Part shown: positions 33,389-43,556 of the stretch, one piece after another
How the letters are laid out: each line of letters begins with the position of its first letter
How positions within the stretch are numbered: position 1 is the stretch's first letter
From: Eremomyces bilateralis CBS 781.70
Taxonomy: Eukaryota
Strand: one strand, 5' to 3'
Assembly (NCBI GenBank): GCA_010015585.1
Contig: ML975151.1
DNA length: 64,000 nt
The notes under the pieces: generated by a model
Told to the model about the DNA's origin: nothing
Seen by the model: only the letters and a program-made list of their open reading frames with translations
Database searches by the model: none
Position numbers and translations under genes: made by a program

Positions 33389-35920
33389 TCAACGCCTCCT
33401 ATCCCTCGGCGGCGGCGGCGGCGGCCTACCTCTCGAACCCCCCGAATCGCTTCTCCCTCTTCCCCTCCTCGGCGGCGGCGACAGACTCCCAGTCCGGCCC
33501 CTACTCGGTCTCCTGCCATCCCCCTCCGGACTCGACGTATTCCTCCTCCCCACCCTCTTGGGCGGCGAGCGGCTCCTCGAGCTCGAATACGCCCTCCTTC
33601 CCCGTCGTGCCAGTGACGACGCTCGTCTCCTACTTCCACCATTCGGTGACGATGACGGGCTACGCGCTCGTCTCCTCGGGGCAGGCGAAGGGCTGCGGGA
33701 AGGCGAGCTGGTATACCTCCGCGCAGTGCGGCGACGCGGTGGTGTGCGAGATCGACTATCATCGGTATAGTAGCTCGGGCTTCGACGATGTCGGCGGGGA
33801 GGGCTGCGCGATCGCGATGCAGATGGAGAGCGAGAGCGAGAACGGGAACGGGAAATGCTGGGGGTGTACCGGCGGCGGCGCCGCGGCGGCGTTTGCGAGC
33901 GTGAGATGCTTCGGGAAGGGGAGCGGCTGTCGCTGTAGGTGCGAGATCGGGTGCGACCGCGGCCGGGTTCTGAGGAAGGGCTGCGTCCACGGCCGCGCCG
34001 GGGTGGAGTGCGGGAGGGGCTTCGGAACGAGCGGTCGGATTCGGAGGAGACGGAGGGACTGCGCGCTTTCGTGGCGAGAGCTTGCTGCTGGGCGAGGTTG
34101 ACCGCTTTGAGATGATCTCGGAGAGGTTCGGTGATCTTGCCCATGCCGATCGCGGTGAAGTAGTTGACCGCAAACCGAGTATCCGTGGGGTTGTCTTTCG
34201 GGAATATTCCCGCGAGGCTTTCTTGCAGCGTCTCATCCTTGAGCCGTTCGGAAAGCTTGTTGACGCCCATCCCCAGCACCAAATCTTCGAAGAGGATCTT
34301 GATGAAGATACGGGACGACGCGGTGGTCTCTTCTTGATTAAGATGAATGATTGACAGGACATGCCAGCCGATAGCGTCGGAGGCGAGAAGGTAAGCAAAA
34401 AATTGCGCGACAATGCGCAGGCGCCCGGATTCGTAGCGGTGGATGGTATCATAGTACTTGACGAATTGGTTCTCGAAGAGGTCCATCCAGAGGCGGTTGA
34501 GCTTGCAGAATCGCTCGCCGATGAGGCCGTAGAACTTGTCGTAAGTGCGTTCTTGAGAGGCGCATTCGATGATCATCGAGGGGAGTTCTTCTTCCATGCC
34601 AGCGGGGAGATCGATTCGCATGAGCTTGTGGCAACATTCTTCGAAACCGCCACTCGACTTCATGGTCAGATAGATCTTCCTCCTCAGATTGATGAGATCT
34701 GCATTTGTCTGATCCTTGATCTCCATCTCACGGTCCTTGGCGGCCTCCTCCTCATCTTCCGAGCTCACTTCAGATCCTTCTTCATCTTCTTCGTCGTCTG
34801 ACCCTTCTCCAAGAATGACGGCCTTGAGCTTCTGATACTCTTCTTCATTCGCTTCGTAGTTTGGATCCGCTTTGAACACGTTTAGCATATCCTTGGTCTC
34901 CAAATTGGGTTCATCCAGCGACACCGAATGTGTGATCTGATCATCTTCCTCAACCAAATCCAGCTCCTCTCTGACAGCGGGATTATCCTTGTATCGATCC
35001 TTCCTGACCTGGAATAACACCTCTATCATGTATTGCGTCCTCTTCTCGATATCTGCCTCGTGTAGGATATTCCGGAATCGATCGTACACGATGAGCGCAA
35101 TCTGCGAGTTCATCTCCTCCAGGTGGTGTCCAACTTCTCGAGCGAGTCCAACAGCGATCTCCACGCTGTCGTCGGTCGGTTTCTGAAGAAGTAGCATTAG
35201 AATCTCCGCCGCCAATATTTCGTGCACAACCTGTTGGTTGACCAAGTGCGCCAGAAAGGTCGAGCTGGAGAGGCAAACAGATTTGTCGTTCCGCTTGAAA
35301 CCTTTCCGGAACTGCGAAACCAATCTGTGTACCAGTAGCTCTCCAACTTCCGGAAGCTTCGTGTTCACAATGGCCACAAGCCCTGCATAGATGGGCGTGA
35401 ATACCACACTTGCAGCTTGCGCCTTCATGATGCTTCGGCAGAACAACCCCTTTCCGCGGATGAGGTTCTCTCCAAACAACTCCGGCACAATATACTTGAT
35501 ATTCGACACGTTGACTTTGTTGATCAACCCGTTGATCGATTTCTTCAAAGCCTCCCATGCCATCCGCTGATATTCCACCGAGTTCTTGTCGCTGAGCTGC
35601 GCTTGCATGGCTCGCAGTTTGGCCGGAGGAATATACACGCCGCCAGCGCGCTGCTCCGTCACCGGCATGGCTTTGAGTTGAGCGCGAATCGCACTCGCGC
35701 TATTCGTCGTTTCATCTTCGTTTGGTTTCGAGGGCCCGCCATTCTCCGTCGGTTCGTGGTCGCGTGCGGGTGAGGCGGTTCGCCGTCTGTGGGGAGAAGT
35801 CGAGCGCGCAGGTGGTGAGATGCGTCGTTTCCGAGAGACGGGAAGCTCGGTGGGAAGCTCGGTGAACGCGTCTCTCGGTTCAGGGGTCGGAATCCTGACC
35901 GCAGACTGGATCTCAGTCAT
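33389..35920 (-). CDS. CWC22: Pre-mRNA splicing factor Cwc22 (MIF4G + MA3, RS-rich tail)
   Basis: GGVYIPPAKLR, YQRMAWEALKKSINGLINKVN, PTDDSVEIAV, RTQYMIEVLF, SSRIFIKILF, TRFAVNYFTAIGMG and a C-terminal RS repeat region. Confidence 0.97.
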   Translation of the reverse strand: MTEIQSAVRIPTPEPRDAFTELPTELPVSRKRRISPPARSTSPHRRRTASPARDHEPTENGGPSKPNEDETTNSASAIRAQLKAMPVTEQRAGGVYIPPAKLRAMQAQLSDKNSVEYQRMAWEALKKSINGLINKVNVSNIKYIVPELFGENLIRGKGLFCRSIMKAQAASVVFTPIYAGLVAIVNTKLPEVGELLVHRLVSQFRKGFKRNDKSVCLSSSTFLAHLVNQQVVHEILAAEILMLLLQKPTDDSVEIAVGLAREVGHHLEEMNSQIALIVYDRFRNILHEADIEKRTQYMIEVLFQVRKDRYKDNPAVREELDLVEEDDQITHSVSLDEPNLETKDMLNVFKADPNYEANEEEYQKLKAVILGEGSDDEEDEEGSEVSSEDEEEAAKDREMEIKDQTNADLINLRRKIYLTMKSSGGFEECCHKLMRIDLPAGMEEELPSMIIECASQERTYDKFYGLIGERFCKLNRLWMDLFENQFVKYYDTIHRYESGRLRIVAQFFAYLLASDAIGWHVLSIIHLNQEETTASSRIFIKILFEDLVLGMGVNKLSERLKDETLQESLAGIFPKDNPTDTRFAVNYFTAIGMGKITEPLRDHLKAVNLAQQQALATKARSPSVSSESDRSFRSPSRTPPRRGRGRSPSSEPGRGRTRSRTYSDSRSPSRSISRSQTPPRRRRRYTPSISRSRSRSRSPSASRSRSPPRRHRRSPSYYTDDSRSRTPPRRRTARRYTSSPSRSPSPAPRRRARSPSSSPNGGSRRRASSLARRGRRAYSSSRSRSPPKRVGRRNTSSPEGDGRRPSRGRTGSLSPPPRRGRGRSDSGGSRGRPPPPPPRDRRR

Positions 35921-36182
35921 CTTTGCTGTTTGGGCGATGCAGTTGGTAGATGGGTCGATTGGCAGATGTGAAGTTGTGAAGGCGAACGGGCAGGAAAAGT
36001 TATGGAGATCGGATGACTAAGCAACTTTATTTTAACAGCTTCACTCGAGCCACAGTTGAGCGACGGGAGCCCTTTGTAGACTGTACACACGTTGGAATCT
36101 GTTGTCCACATTATACAGCTCCAATCGTAAATGTGAGAAGTATTGACTGTCTCTCGTTTCTTGACAATCTTGGACTGCAATC

Positions 36183-36597
36183 ATGGTGAGTTGCGTCCAA
36201 CAATTGAGTACTCCGCACGCGACTTTGCTAACCAAACGTCCAGCTCGACCGGCTTGTTGGCCTTGCGATGCTCATTGTAGCTACCACCGTCTTTCTCTAC
36301 TACACGATATGGACACTTCTAATGGTACGTTTCTTTCGTTTCTCTGGGAATCTCATCGCGCGATTCGGACGCGAGCCGTGTCTTTCTTGGAACTGTTGGC
36401 GCTGATTCCCGCCTCAGCCCTTTGTCGATGAAGGCCATCAACTCCACTCCTTGTTCCCACCCCGAGTGTGGGCGATTCGGATTCCGGTCATCCTCATCCT
36501 CCTCGGGTCGGCGGTCGTGGGAAGCTTCCTTTCGATCGTCATGATTCGCAGCAATCGACGAAAGGCACTCAAAGCCAAAGCCAAGAAGGGACAGTAA
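36183..36597 (+). CDS. DPM2: Dolichol-phosphate mannose synthase regulatory subunit Dpm2 (87 aa, 3 exons)
   Basis: Exons 36183-36185 (ATG), 36244-36324 and 36418-36597 give MLDRLVGLAMLIVATTVFLYYTIWTLLM|PFVDEGHQLHSLFPPRVWAIRIPVILILLGSAVVGSFLSIVMIRSNRRK. This is the two-TM Dpm2 pattern with YYT.W and PF. Confidence 0.93.
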
Positions 36598-36912
36598 ACC
36601 ATTTGCATTGGACACAAGAAGAGCATGGCGTTCGGGACTATTTGGCTTTACTCTGTATAATTAGCGGCAGTGATCATGCTCGGAGGACATTGGTGACAGG
36701 CTATCGTCAAGCTATCACGCGTACTGCCTCGGTGACAGCAATGGGGTTGGTGGTATCATCCTCAAGATTCTGTAGGGCATCATCCGAATGCATAGTCAAC
36801 AGCAAGAGATGAGCGGCAACAGCAGATGTCTGATGATTAGCGTGCTTAAATCACTCTTTAACGACATCCTTCCTACCCACACGGCTCCTTGTTCCAGCCA
36901 AGCTCCCTCAAA

Positions 36913-37386
36913 TTATACAACCGCCGCAACTCCCGCCTCCGCACACTCCACATCCTGTGCCGCCAATCCTCCACTAACACCCAGTCCGCCCACAAACGTT
37001 CCCCCCACCTTAATTGGCAGCCCTCCTCCAATCACCACCAACCCGCCATTCGTCTGCTCCAACCCCTGAAACGCCGATCCAGCCGTCACCAGGTTCGTGA
37101 GGTCGTCGGTCCCGAACCGCCCCCCGAACAAACTAACCGTCTTCGCCTTCTTCAATGCGACGTCGATGCTCACCAGTGCCGCGCCCTCCATGCGCTTGAA
37201 CGCGAGGAGGTGGCCCGCCGGGTCGGTGATGGCGATGTTCTGGGGGACCGAGATACTGGCGGCTTGGGCTTCGACGGCGGAGATGATTTGGCCGGCTAGC
37301 ACGTTGGTGAGGACGGCGGCAGTGCCGTTCTGGGCGTGGATGTAAAGGCCCAGGGAGAGGACGGTAAGGAGTATGGAGATACGCAT
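36913..37386 (-). CDS. Secreted GlcG/HbpS-like (DUF336) heme-binding family protein
   Basis: Signal-peptide-like N-terminus, NIAITDPAGHLLAFKRMEGA..SIDVALKKAKT and GGGLPI..VGGLGVSGG..QD. Intronless. Confidence 0.88.
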   Translation of the reverse strand: MRISILLTVLSLGLYIHAQNGTAAVLTNVLAGQIISAVEAQAASISVPQNIAITDPAGHLLAFKRMEGAALVSIDVALKKAKTVSLFGGRFGTDDLTNLVTAGSAFQGLEQTNGGLVVIGGGLPIKVGGTFVGGLGVSGGLAAQDVECAEAGVAAVV

Positions 37387-38224
37387 GGTCGATGACTGTA
37401 GAGGGTCTCGCTCTTGAGGGGATTATGAGACCGTGATGGGGATTCTGGTCGATATGTAGGGCCAAAGGTGAGCAGAGATCGGACTGAAGCGTTCAACCTT
37501 TCCGGTCGCCATGAATAACCCGCCGCTCTCTTATTTAGCTCCTTCACCAGGTGCTCCCCGTTTTGCCCTCCTCCTCCAATGATGGTACTCCGGATAGTTC
37601 ATGACATGGATATATAATGCAGTAGTCCAAGCAAAGCTTTGTGGCTGTATCGCTAGACCTCTTGACCTACCCAAGCTTTCTCTAGCCTCGTCTGCAATGT
37701 CTCATGTACACAAATTGAGCAGGCCCCTTCAAAGGGCTACAAGAAGATCACTAGGGGCGTCCAGGGTTCGATATATGGATTAATCGACTTTCGTCTCACC
37801 GCGATCGGGTTTGGGTGATGTAAATGGTAGTATTAGGACCTCCCATGGAATTTTATTGCCATTTGATTAACATCATCAAAGACACGAGCGATTTATTTCC
37901 GCTTTTGGACAGGATGAGGTCAAAAAAGGGCGACTAAATGGTTGGAGGGCTATTTATCTGATGCGTATTACGATATTGATATGCTGAAATTCGTATTTTC
38001 TTCAAAACGATGCATTGTTCCGGACAGAGAATTTTTGACGGCATGCGAGAATCCAGTTGTATTACAAGATATCCATTTCTTAGATGAGCAAATAATTTGA
38101 TGCCGTTGAATTGCCGAGTTAATGGCCACTCATACGCTGTTCCAAGCTTTTTATAGAGGTTTCTTGGTTGGGTGAAAATTCAGTTGGGTTATAAACAGAT
38201 TTTTCAAAATTGTCATCAATGAAG

Positions 38225-38325
38225 CCGCTGATGGCGCAGTTGGTAGCGCAGTGGACTGTAATATCGGATCCTCGTTGATCATGCATGGTATCCAAAGGTC
38301 ACCAGTTCGATCCTGGTTCAGCGGA
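38225..38325 (+). tRNA. tRNA-Tyr (GUA) with 28-nt intron
   Basis: Acceptor stem CCGCTGA/TCAGCGG plus discriminator A. D-arm GCGC-AGTTGGTA-GCGC, anticodon GTA at 38258-38260, intron 38262-38289, T-arm ACCAG-TTCGATC-CTGGT, followed by a T-rich Pol III terminator. Confidence 0.95.
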
Positions 38326-38711
38326 TTTCTTTTTCGTCCTTTTTGCTTCACTCCTAGCGAGATTATAATTCAATGCTGTGTACTAACTCTAGTTCATTTT
38401 TCGTATTTTTAATGATATAGCATCGACTGAGACGTGTAACCTTGCAGAATCGCGAATATCAACGGCCGTTGTGGCAAAACCGGTCACGATTCTGCCATCT
38501 TGACAGTAATACCCTACCTAGGGGAACATTGGCAGAGAGTAGTCAAAAGATTCCCATACTTCTTCATAAGCTAGGTTATAAGTCAAATTAATTTTCATGG
38601 CTCATATATCACTGAGAGCGTTGTTGAAGATATATTGGTTGGACACCGTCTATCCAGGTGCAACGGCGGAACAGGCAGGGTGATTTCATATCAAAAAATT
38701 CATTATCTAAC

Positions 38712-41258
38712 CTACACCATGTATGCTTGGATGTCCCTTAATATCACCTCTTCTAATGGCTTAGTGTCTTCACCCATTTGAATACACTGGCATACCTTGT
38801 ATGTCCTCAGCAGGGCAACCAAGAGATACAACTGCTCCGGCTCACTCAAATTCTCGTCCTCAATAAAAAAATCCAGGACATTTCCAACCAAGCTTTGAAT
38901 GTCCTGGTACCCATCTCCTTCAGCCGACTGGTCTAAAGTTATGAAGTCCTGCTCGAACTCCTCTGACAGCAACTGAACCAGTGCGGGAACGTTATCCAGT
39001 AACTGCCCTTTGCCGTCGATGATCTCCGGCAGCCGTCCAACATAGGATAGCCAAGCATCGATGCGGACAATCTCAGCGTTTAGCAGTCTAAGGGGGTGGT
39101 CCCAGAGGTAAATATCAGCAATCTGCCACTCGTAACTCCACAGCAACTCCAATACTGGGACTGGGTTTGCAAACGCGGAAACAAGACTCCCTTCCAATAC
39201 ACCATCTGCAATTACACCTCTTTGCCCATTGATTGCGTAAGGAGGCCATGACGACCGCTTTTCGACAGTTAGGAAATTCACAGCATGTTGGAATGCCGCT
39301 CCTTGCCATGAATATGGATAGACATACACGAGCGAATCTTCATCAAGAAACCCGAGAAGTGCTTCAAGGACGACCATGATTCCGCCCACGAGCGCATCTT
39401 CCGTGGGCACCCCCAGATTCTTTTTCCAAGGGGTTGCCCACGGGCCATCGATGGTATCGATTTGGCTCCACCAGAAAGGACAGACATCTTGAAGTCCAAT
39501 GTCAGCCTCTCGTTCTCGATTCCGCCGCCTTCGCTGTAGCTCCCTCTTTAGCGCCTTCTCCCGAACCTTTTGCCGCTTTTCATCGCGCTCGTATATTTTC
39601 GAGGCAATCGTTTTGTCGGGGTTTTGGCGGTGATACGCCTCATCCCGAGCGGCTTGTCGAGCTTCCGCAGCCGAACGACGTTGGTCTGTAACCAAACCAC
39701 CAGTGTCGGAGCGATCCGTAGCCGCGGGGATCTGAAAGTGGGTATAATGGGACAGACCCGTGTTGTCTGCTTCCTCCCCGTCACCTTCGCCTTGATCAGT
39801 TGCATCCTCGACCGTGGCTCTTCGACCAAGCTTCTGGATAGGTTCAGGTTCATATATCTCTTGAACCTTCTCGGACAAGTTCCCTTGGGAGACTTTTGGT
39901 CCTAGAATGTCAGCCTCCGAGGGTCTATGTCCATTCAAAGGTGCTTTATATTGTGTCCATTCTCTTGCGGTGTTCTTCCCCTGCTGTTCGCGCTCCTCAT
40001 TTGCGGTATTCTCTTCGTTAGATAATGCAGTGGCCCGGATGCTCTTTCTAGGCGCTATCTTGTCCTTCGCCTTCTTGGGAAGGTAGAAAGTCCACACACC
40101 ATCATGCTCATGTCTACGAACTGTTGCTTCAGCATGGATCGAGTAGCTTGTTTCCTCCCACGCAGCTTCTTTCATTTCCTCGATGATTGAAGGTGTTGAC
40201 TTATGAACTGGCTTCGGATCCAAATCGTTCTGTTGGACAAAAGCGGTGTCAGGTTCCTTTCCCGGTCTATGCCATATCAGGTCGTCGCTATGGCTCGGAT
40301 GATGGATTACGTATTCGGCGTTCCTAAGGTTATCACGCCTCCAACGCTTGTCTAACTTGCGCGAAGTCCGTCTGCGATGGCTATCATAGTGTTTCCCTGC
40401 GACGGCCACAGAATCCCACGTCCTCACTAACCACCATCGAGAGACATATCCTCTCCAAAGGGAAGGCGTAAGCGCTCTCTCGCGCTGGTGTTTGCCATTA
40501 CGAAGCGGCCTTGGTGCGAAGTGCAAGACTAGTCCTAGAGTAGGGTGGTGAGAAGACGAAATGCTTCCGATAGTGCCTTGCATCGCGAGCAGCCTTGTCG
40601 AAAATGAAAATTTCGTCACTTCCATCTCGGCCATGAGACCCATGATGATAATCTCGCGCATGGAGACCAGCATTGGCACAGTGTTCAGATCGGAGGGCAC
40701 CCTATCCGCGTCGGCTGTGACCACGTCATATCTGACGCTGTCGCCGCATCCAGACTCTGTGGCACGAATGAAAGATGCCCAGGAAGCCTCACCGGCGTTC
40801 ATGTCCTTCAGCGCTGGAGTCGCAGAAGCCTTCGGTACAGTCAGGCTACGGCTTGAAGTAGTAGAGAACCATTCATGCCGGACTGGTATCGCCACTAATG
40901 AATCTTCCAGCTCCAACGGATCCGGCTGTTTCTCTTCTTTAGTATTTTCCGCAATTAGCTCCAACTTATGTTCTCCAACTGCGTATGAAGGTGCTTCACT
41001 AGGCCATATGCTCGGGTCCAGGCAAATCTGTGGAATAGAATATATGACGCGGAAGCGCCATTGATCCCTTTGCCAGACCCGTTTCCCTTTTCCTGGTAAA
41101 GGACCGTACACCACGCTATCACAGAGTCTAATTGAGTGACCTGTTTGAAAATATTGCTGAAGAACTTGAGCCAAGGCGATAAAGAAGGCAAGAGAAGCAA
41201 TAACGATTGCAGCAATTGCTGTTGAAGTTTGGGCGTCCATAAGCGCTGGTGCTACCAT
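38712..41258 (-). CDS. Large intronless membrane-anchored protein, modin-like N-terminal domain plus unknown C-terminal domain
   Basis: ~848-codon ORF. N-terminal TM then LQQY..G..IRLC..V.G..WRFRV..P.I, EASW..FI and DAD.VP..VPM, resembling fungal modin-type proteins. Charged linker and helical C-terminal domain. Confidence 0.6.
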   Translation of the reverse strand: MVAPALMDAQTSTAIAAIVIASLAFFIALAQVLQQYFQTGHSIRLCDSVVYGPLPGKGKRVWQRDQWRFRVIYSIPQICLDPSIWPSEAPSYAVGEHKLELIAENTKEEKQPDPLELEDSLVAIPVRHEWFSTTSSRSLTVPKASATPALKDMNAGEASWASFIRATESGCGDSVRYDVVTADADRVPSDLNTVPMLVSMREIIIMGLMAEMEVTKFSFSTRLLAMQGTIGSISSSHHPTLGLVLHFAPRPLRNGKHQRERALTPSLWRGYVSRWWLVRTWDSVAVAGKHYDSHRRRTSRKLDKRWRRDNLRNAEYVIHHPSHSDDLIWHRPGKEPDTAFVQQNDLDPKPVHKSTPSIIEEMKEAAWEETSYSIHAEATVRRHEHDGVWTFYLPKKAKDKIAPRKSIRATALSNEENTANEEREQQGKNTAREWTQYKAPLNGHRPSEADILGPKVSQGNLSEKVQEIYEPEPIQKLGRRATVEDATDQGEGDGEEADNTGLSHYTHFQIPAATDRSDTGGLVTDQRRSAAEARQAARDEAYHRQNPDKTIASKIYERDEKRQKVREKALKRELQRRRRNREREADIGLQDVCPFWWSQIDTIDGPWATPWKKNLGVPTEDALVGGIMVVLEALLGFLDEDSLVYVYPYSWQGAAFQHAVNFLTVEKRSSWPPYAINGQRGVIADGVLEGSLVSAFANPVPVLELLWSYEWQIADIYLWDHPLRLLNAEIVRIDAWLSYVGRLPEIIDGKGQLLDNVPALVQLLSEEFEQDFITLDQSAEGDGYQDIQSLVGNVLDFFIEDENLSEPEQLYLLVALLRTYKVCQCIQMGEDTKPLEEVILRDIQAYMV

Positions 41259-41829
41259 TCTAAGGGAAAAGATTGAAGCCAAACCGTGGAAAAGATAGGT
41301 TATAGTGGAACAGCTGACAGTTACTTGCTGAGCATAATAGACTCTTAAATAGACGGAGTCGCAGGTCGGTCAATAATAACTCTCTTCCCTTCAGCCTCGT
41401 GGAAAGGAGAGCTAATACCTGTATTTTAGTTGCATTTGCTGTTGGACTATGGTATTAGCAGCATTTGAGGTGGCAGCCCACCGCTTTCGGAGACCGACAA
41501 CCTGTGTGAAGCGGCATCTACCGCAGTCTAGACTCGGGCTACAAAATCGCAGCCTTGCGAGCTGATCGTGAAGGGCATGTTATTATTGAACAAAGGCTGA
41601 GGTTGGGTGACATGAGGCCTGAGGGAAATGTTGTAAAGCTTGGACCTCCATTGGAAGCTCCTTTGGCATATTATTAATTATCAGGGGCCTTTCCCTTTAA
41701 TTCGAAGCGGTTCGTAGTGCTGGTCTCTGGTTTTCAAGATGCGAAAGTTACACAAGCGGCCGCGGTGAGTGCGCGAAGCCATCCTTGGAAACCAAGAAGC
41801 AGAAACAAGCTTCCAACAGGAGAACCCTT

Positions 41830-43556
41830 TCATACACGATAATTCTCTGGATGGCCAACGCTCCCCCTCGATTCTTCAAAGTTCAGGTCTAGTTCATCTT
41901 TATCCGTGATGCCAGTCAGCTTTTCCAGGCATTTCGCCGCATACATATCGCCGCTGACGTTGGTCATGGTCCGGAAGCGGTCGATGAGCCAGTCAAACTT
42001 TCGAGATGATTAGCATTGTCCGTGCTATTTGTATTGTCCCTTGCACTTACAGCAACCACGATGGCGAACATGCCGGTGACGGGTACATTGACCGCATTAG
42101 CGATCATGACGGTCAGCACAAGAGAAGAGCTTGGGATCGGGGTGGTAGCGATCGAGGAGAGCGTGGAGAGTAGCACGATAATGGTGTAGTCGCCTGCGTT
42201 CAGTTTTATGCCCTGGGTTGTGGCGAGAAAGACGACCACCATGGGGAAGTAAATTGCTGTCCTACAGATTGGTTAGTACCCAAAGAAAGATTCCGAGGTG
42301 GACGAAATTGGGGGTCCTGAATCCTGAAGCATGTCTCAGAGGTGAAGGACCCTCAATTTCTTCCGCCCCAAATGCTACTCGAGCTCGTGTGTTCATGCAG
42401 ACTTACCCATCCATATTGATGAGAGTACCGAGCGGGATACTAAATCGAGAAACCATATCCGGGACTTTCCTTGCGTGCATCATCCTCAGCGTTACGGGCA
42501 TGGTGGCCGCAGAGGATGCGGTTCCCCACGCGGTGATCCACGCTGGCGAACATTTCATCCAGTAACTATATGGGTTCGTCCGAGTGATGAGGAAGAAAAT
42601 CATGGGTAAAACGAGGAAGAGATGAGCGAGCATTTGGGCAATAGATGCACCTAAGAGAACCCCAACATTCACACCAACCGCGGCGACGTCGAGCGTCAAG
42701 AGATTCGACAAGATCAACGAGAACACGCCGAGTGGTGCCAGCTTAATCAAGAACGCAATGGCGATGCTCACAATGCGCTCGACTTCCTTCGTAGCGCGGA
42801 GCAGCGAGGAGTTGGGCCCTTTGATCAGTAGACCGACAATAATCGCCGTGATGAGCACGGCCAGCAGCTCGTCCTCAGCAACGGCACTAACAATGTTGGC
42901 AGGGATGAAAGATTCGAAGACAGTGACCACGATGTCGTGTGGTTCTTGCTTGTCTCCTGCTTTGACCTTCTCCTCGGCGGTTTCGCTCATTTCAGGGAGG
43001 CTGTCTCGTACATCTCGCATGAGGCGGCGCCAGCCCAGGTCCGTGATGATCATGCTGTGGATGACAGCGAGAATGGTTGTGCCGACGTAAAACATGATGG
43101 TATATCGCGCCAGCGCCGCGCCCTCTCTGGCCATCTGCCGCAGATTTTGCATGGCGATGATGATAGCCACCACGATCAAGGGAAGAACTGGAAAACGTCA
43201 GTGAGGGGTTGAGTGGTTTCCGCCATGGACCGACCTGTCGCCTTCAATCCTCGCAACCACAGAGTACCGGGGATCCCGAGGATCGCTGGTGCCGCAGTAG
43301 GAACGTCGTCTACCGTCACTGAGACCGCGATACCAATCCCAATTGCGATGGCCGCGGCAACAACGATTTGGAACGCATGGCCAGGGGTCTTGAGGTCGTC
43401 GACAATCCTTTGCCCCCAAGGTTTCTTAACTGCGACCTCCTCTTGAATGCCCCCAGCTGGGAACTCCGTCTTCTGGTTCTCAAAGCTATCGAGTGTACCG
43501 ACGGGTCTCATGTGAACCTCCGGTTCCTCCAAATTCGCTTCGTTCGCTTTCGACAT
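41830..43556 (-). CDS. Dicarboxylate/amino acid:cation symporter (SLC1/EAAT family), 4 exons
   Basis: HP1 motif TASSAATMP, TM7 INMDG|TAIY, HP2 IATTPIPSSSL and TM8 DWLIDRFRTMTNVSGD. Three GT-AG introns. Confidence 0.93.
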
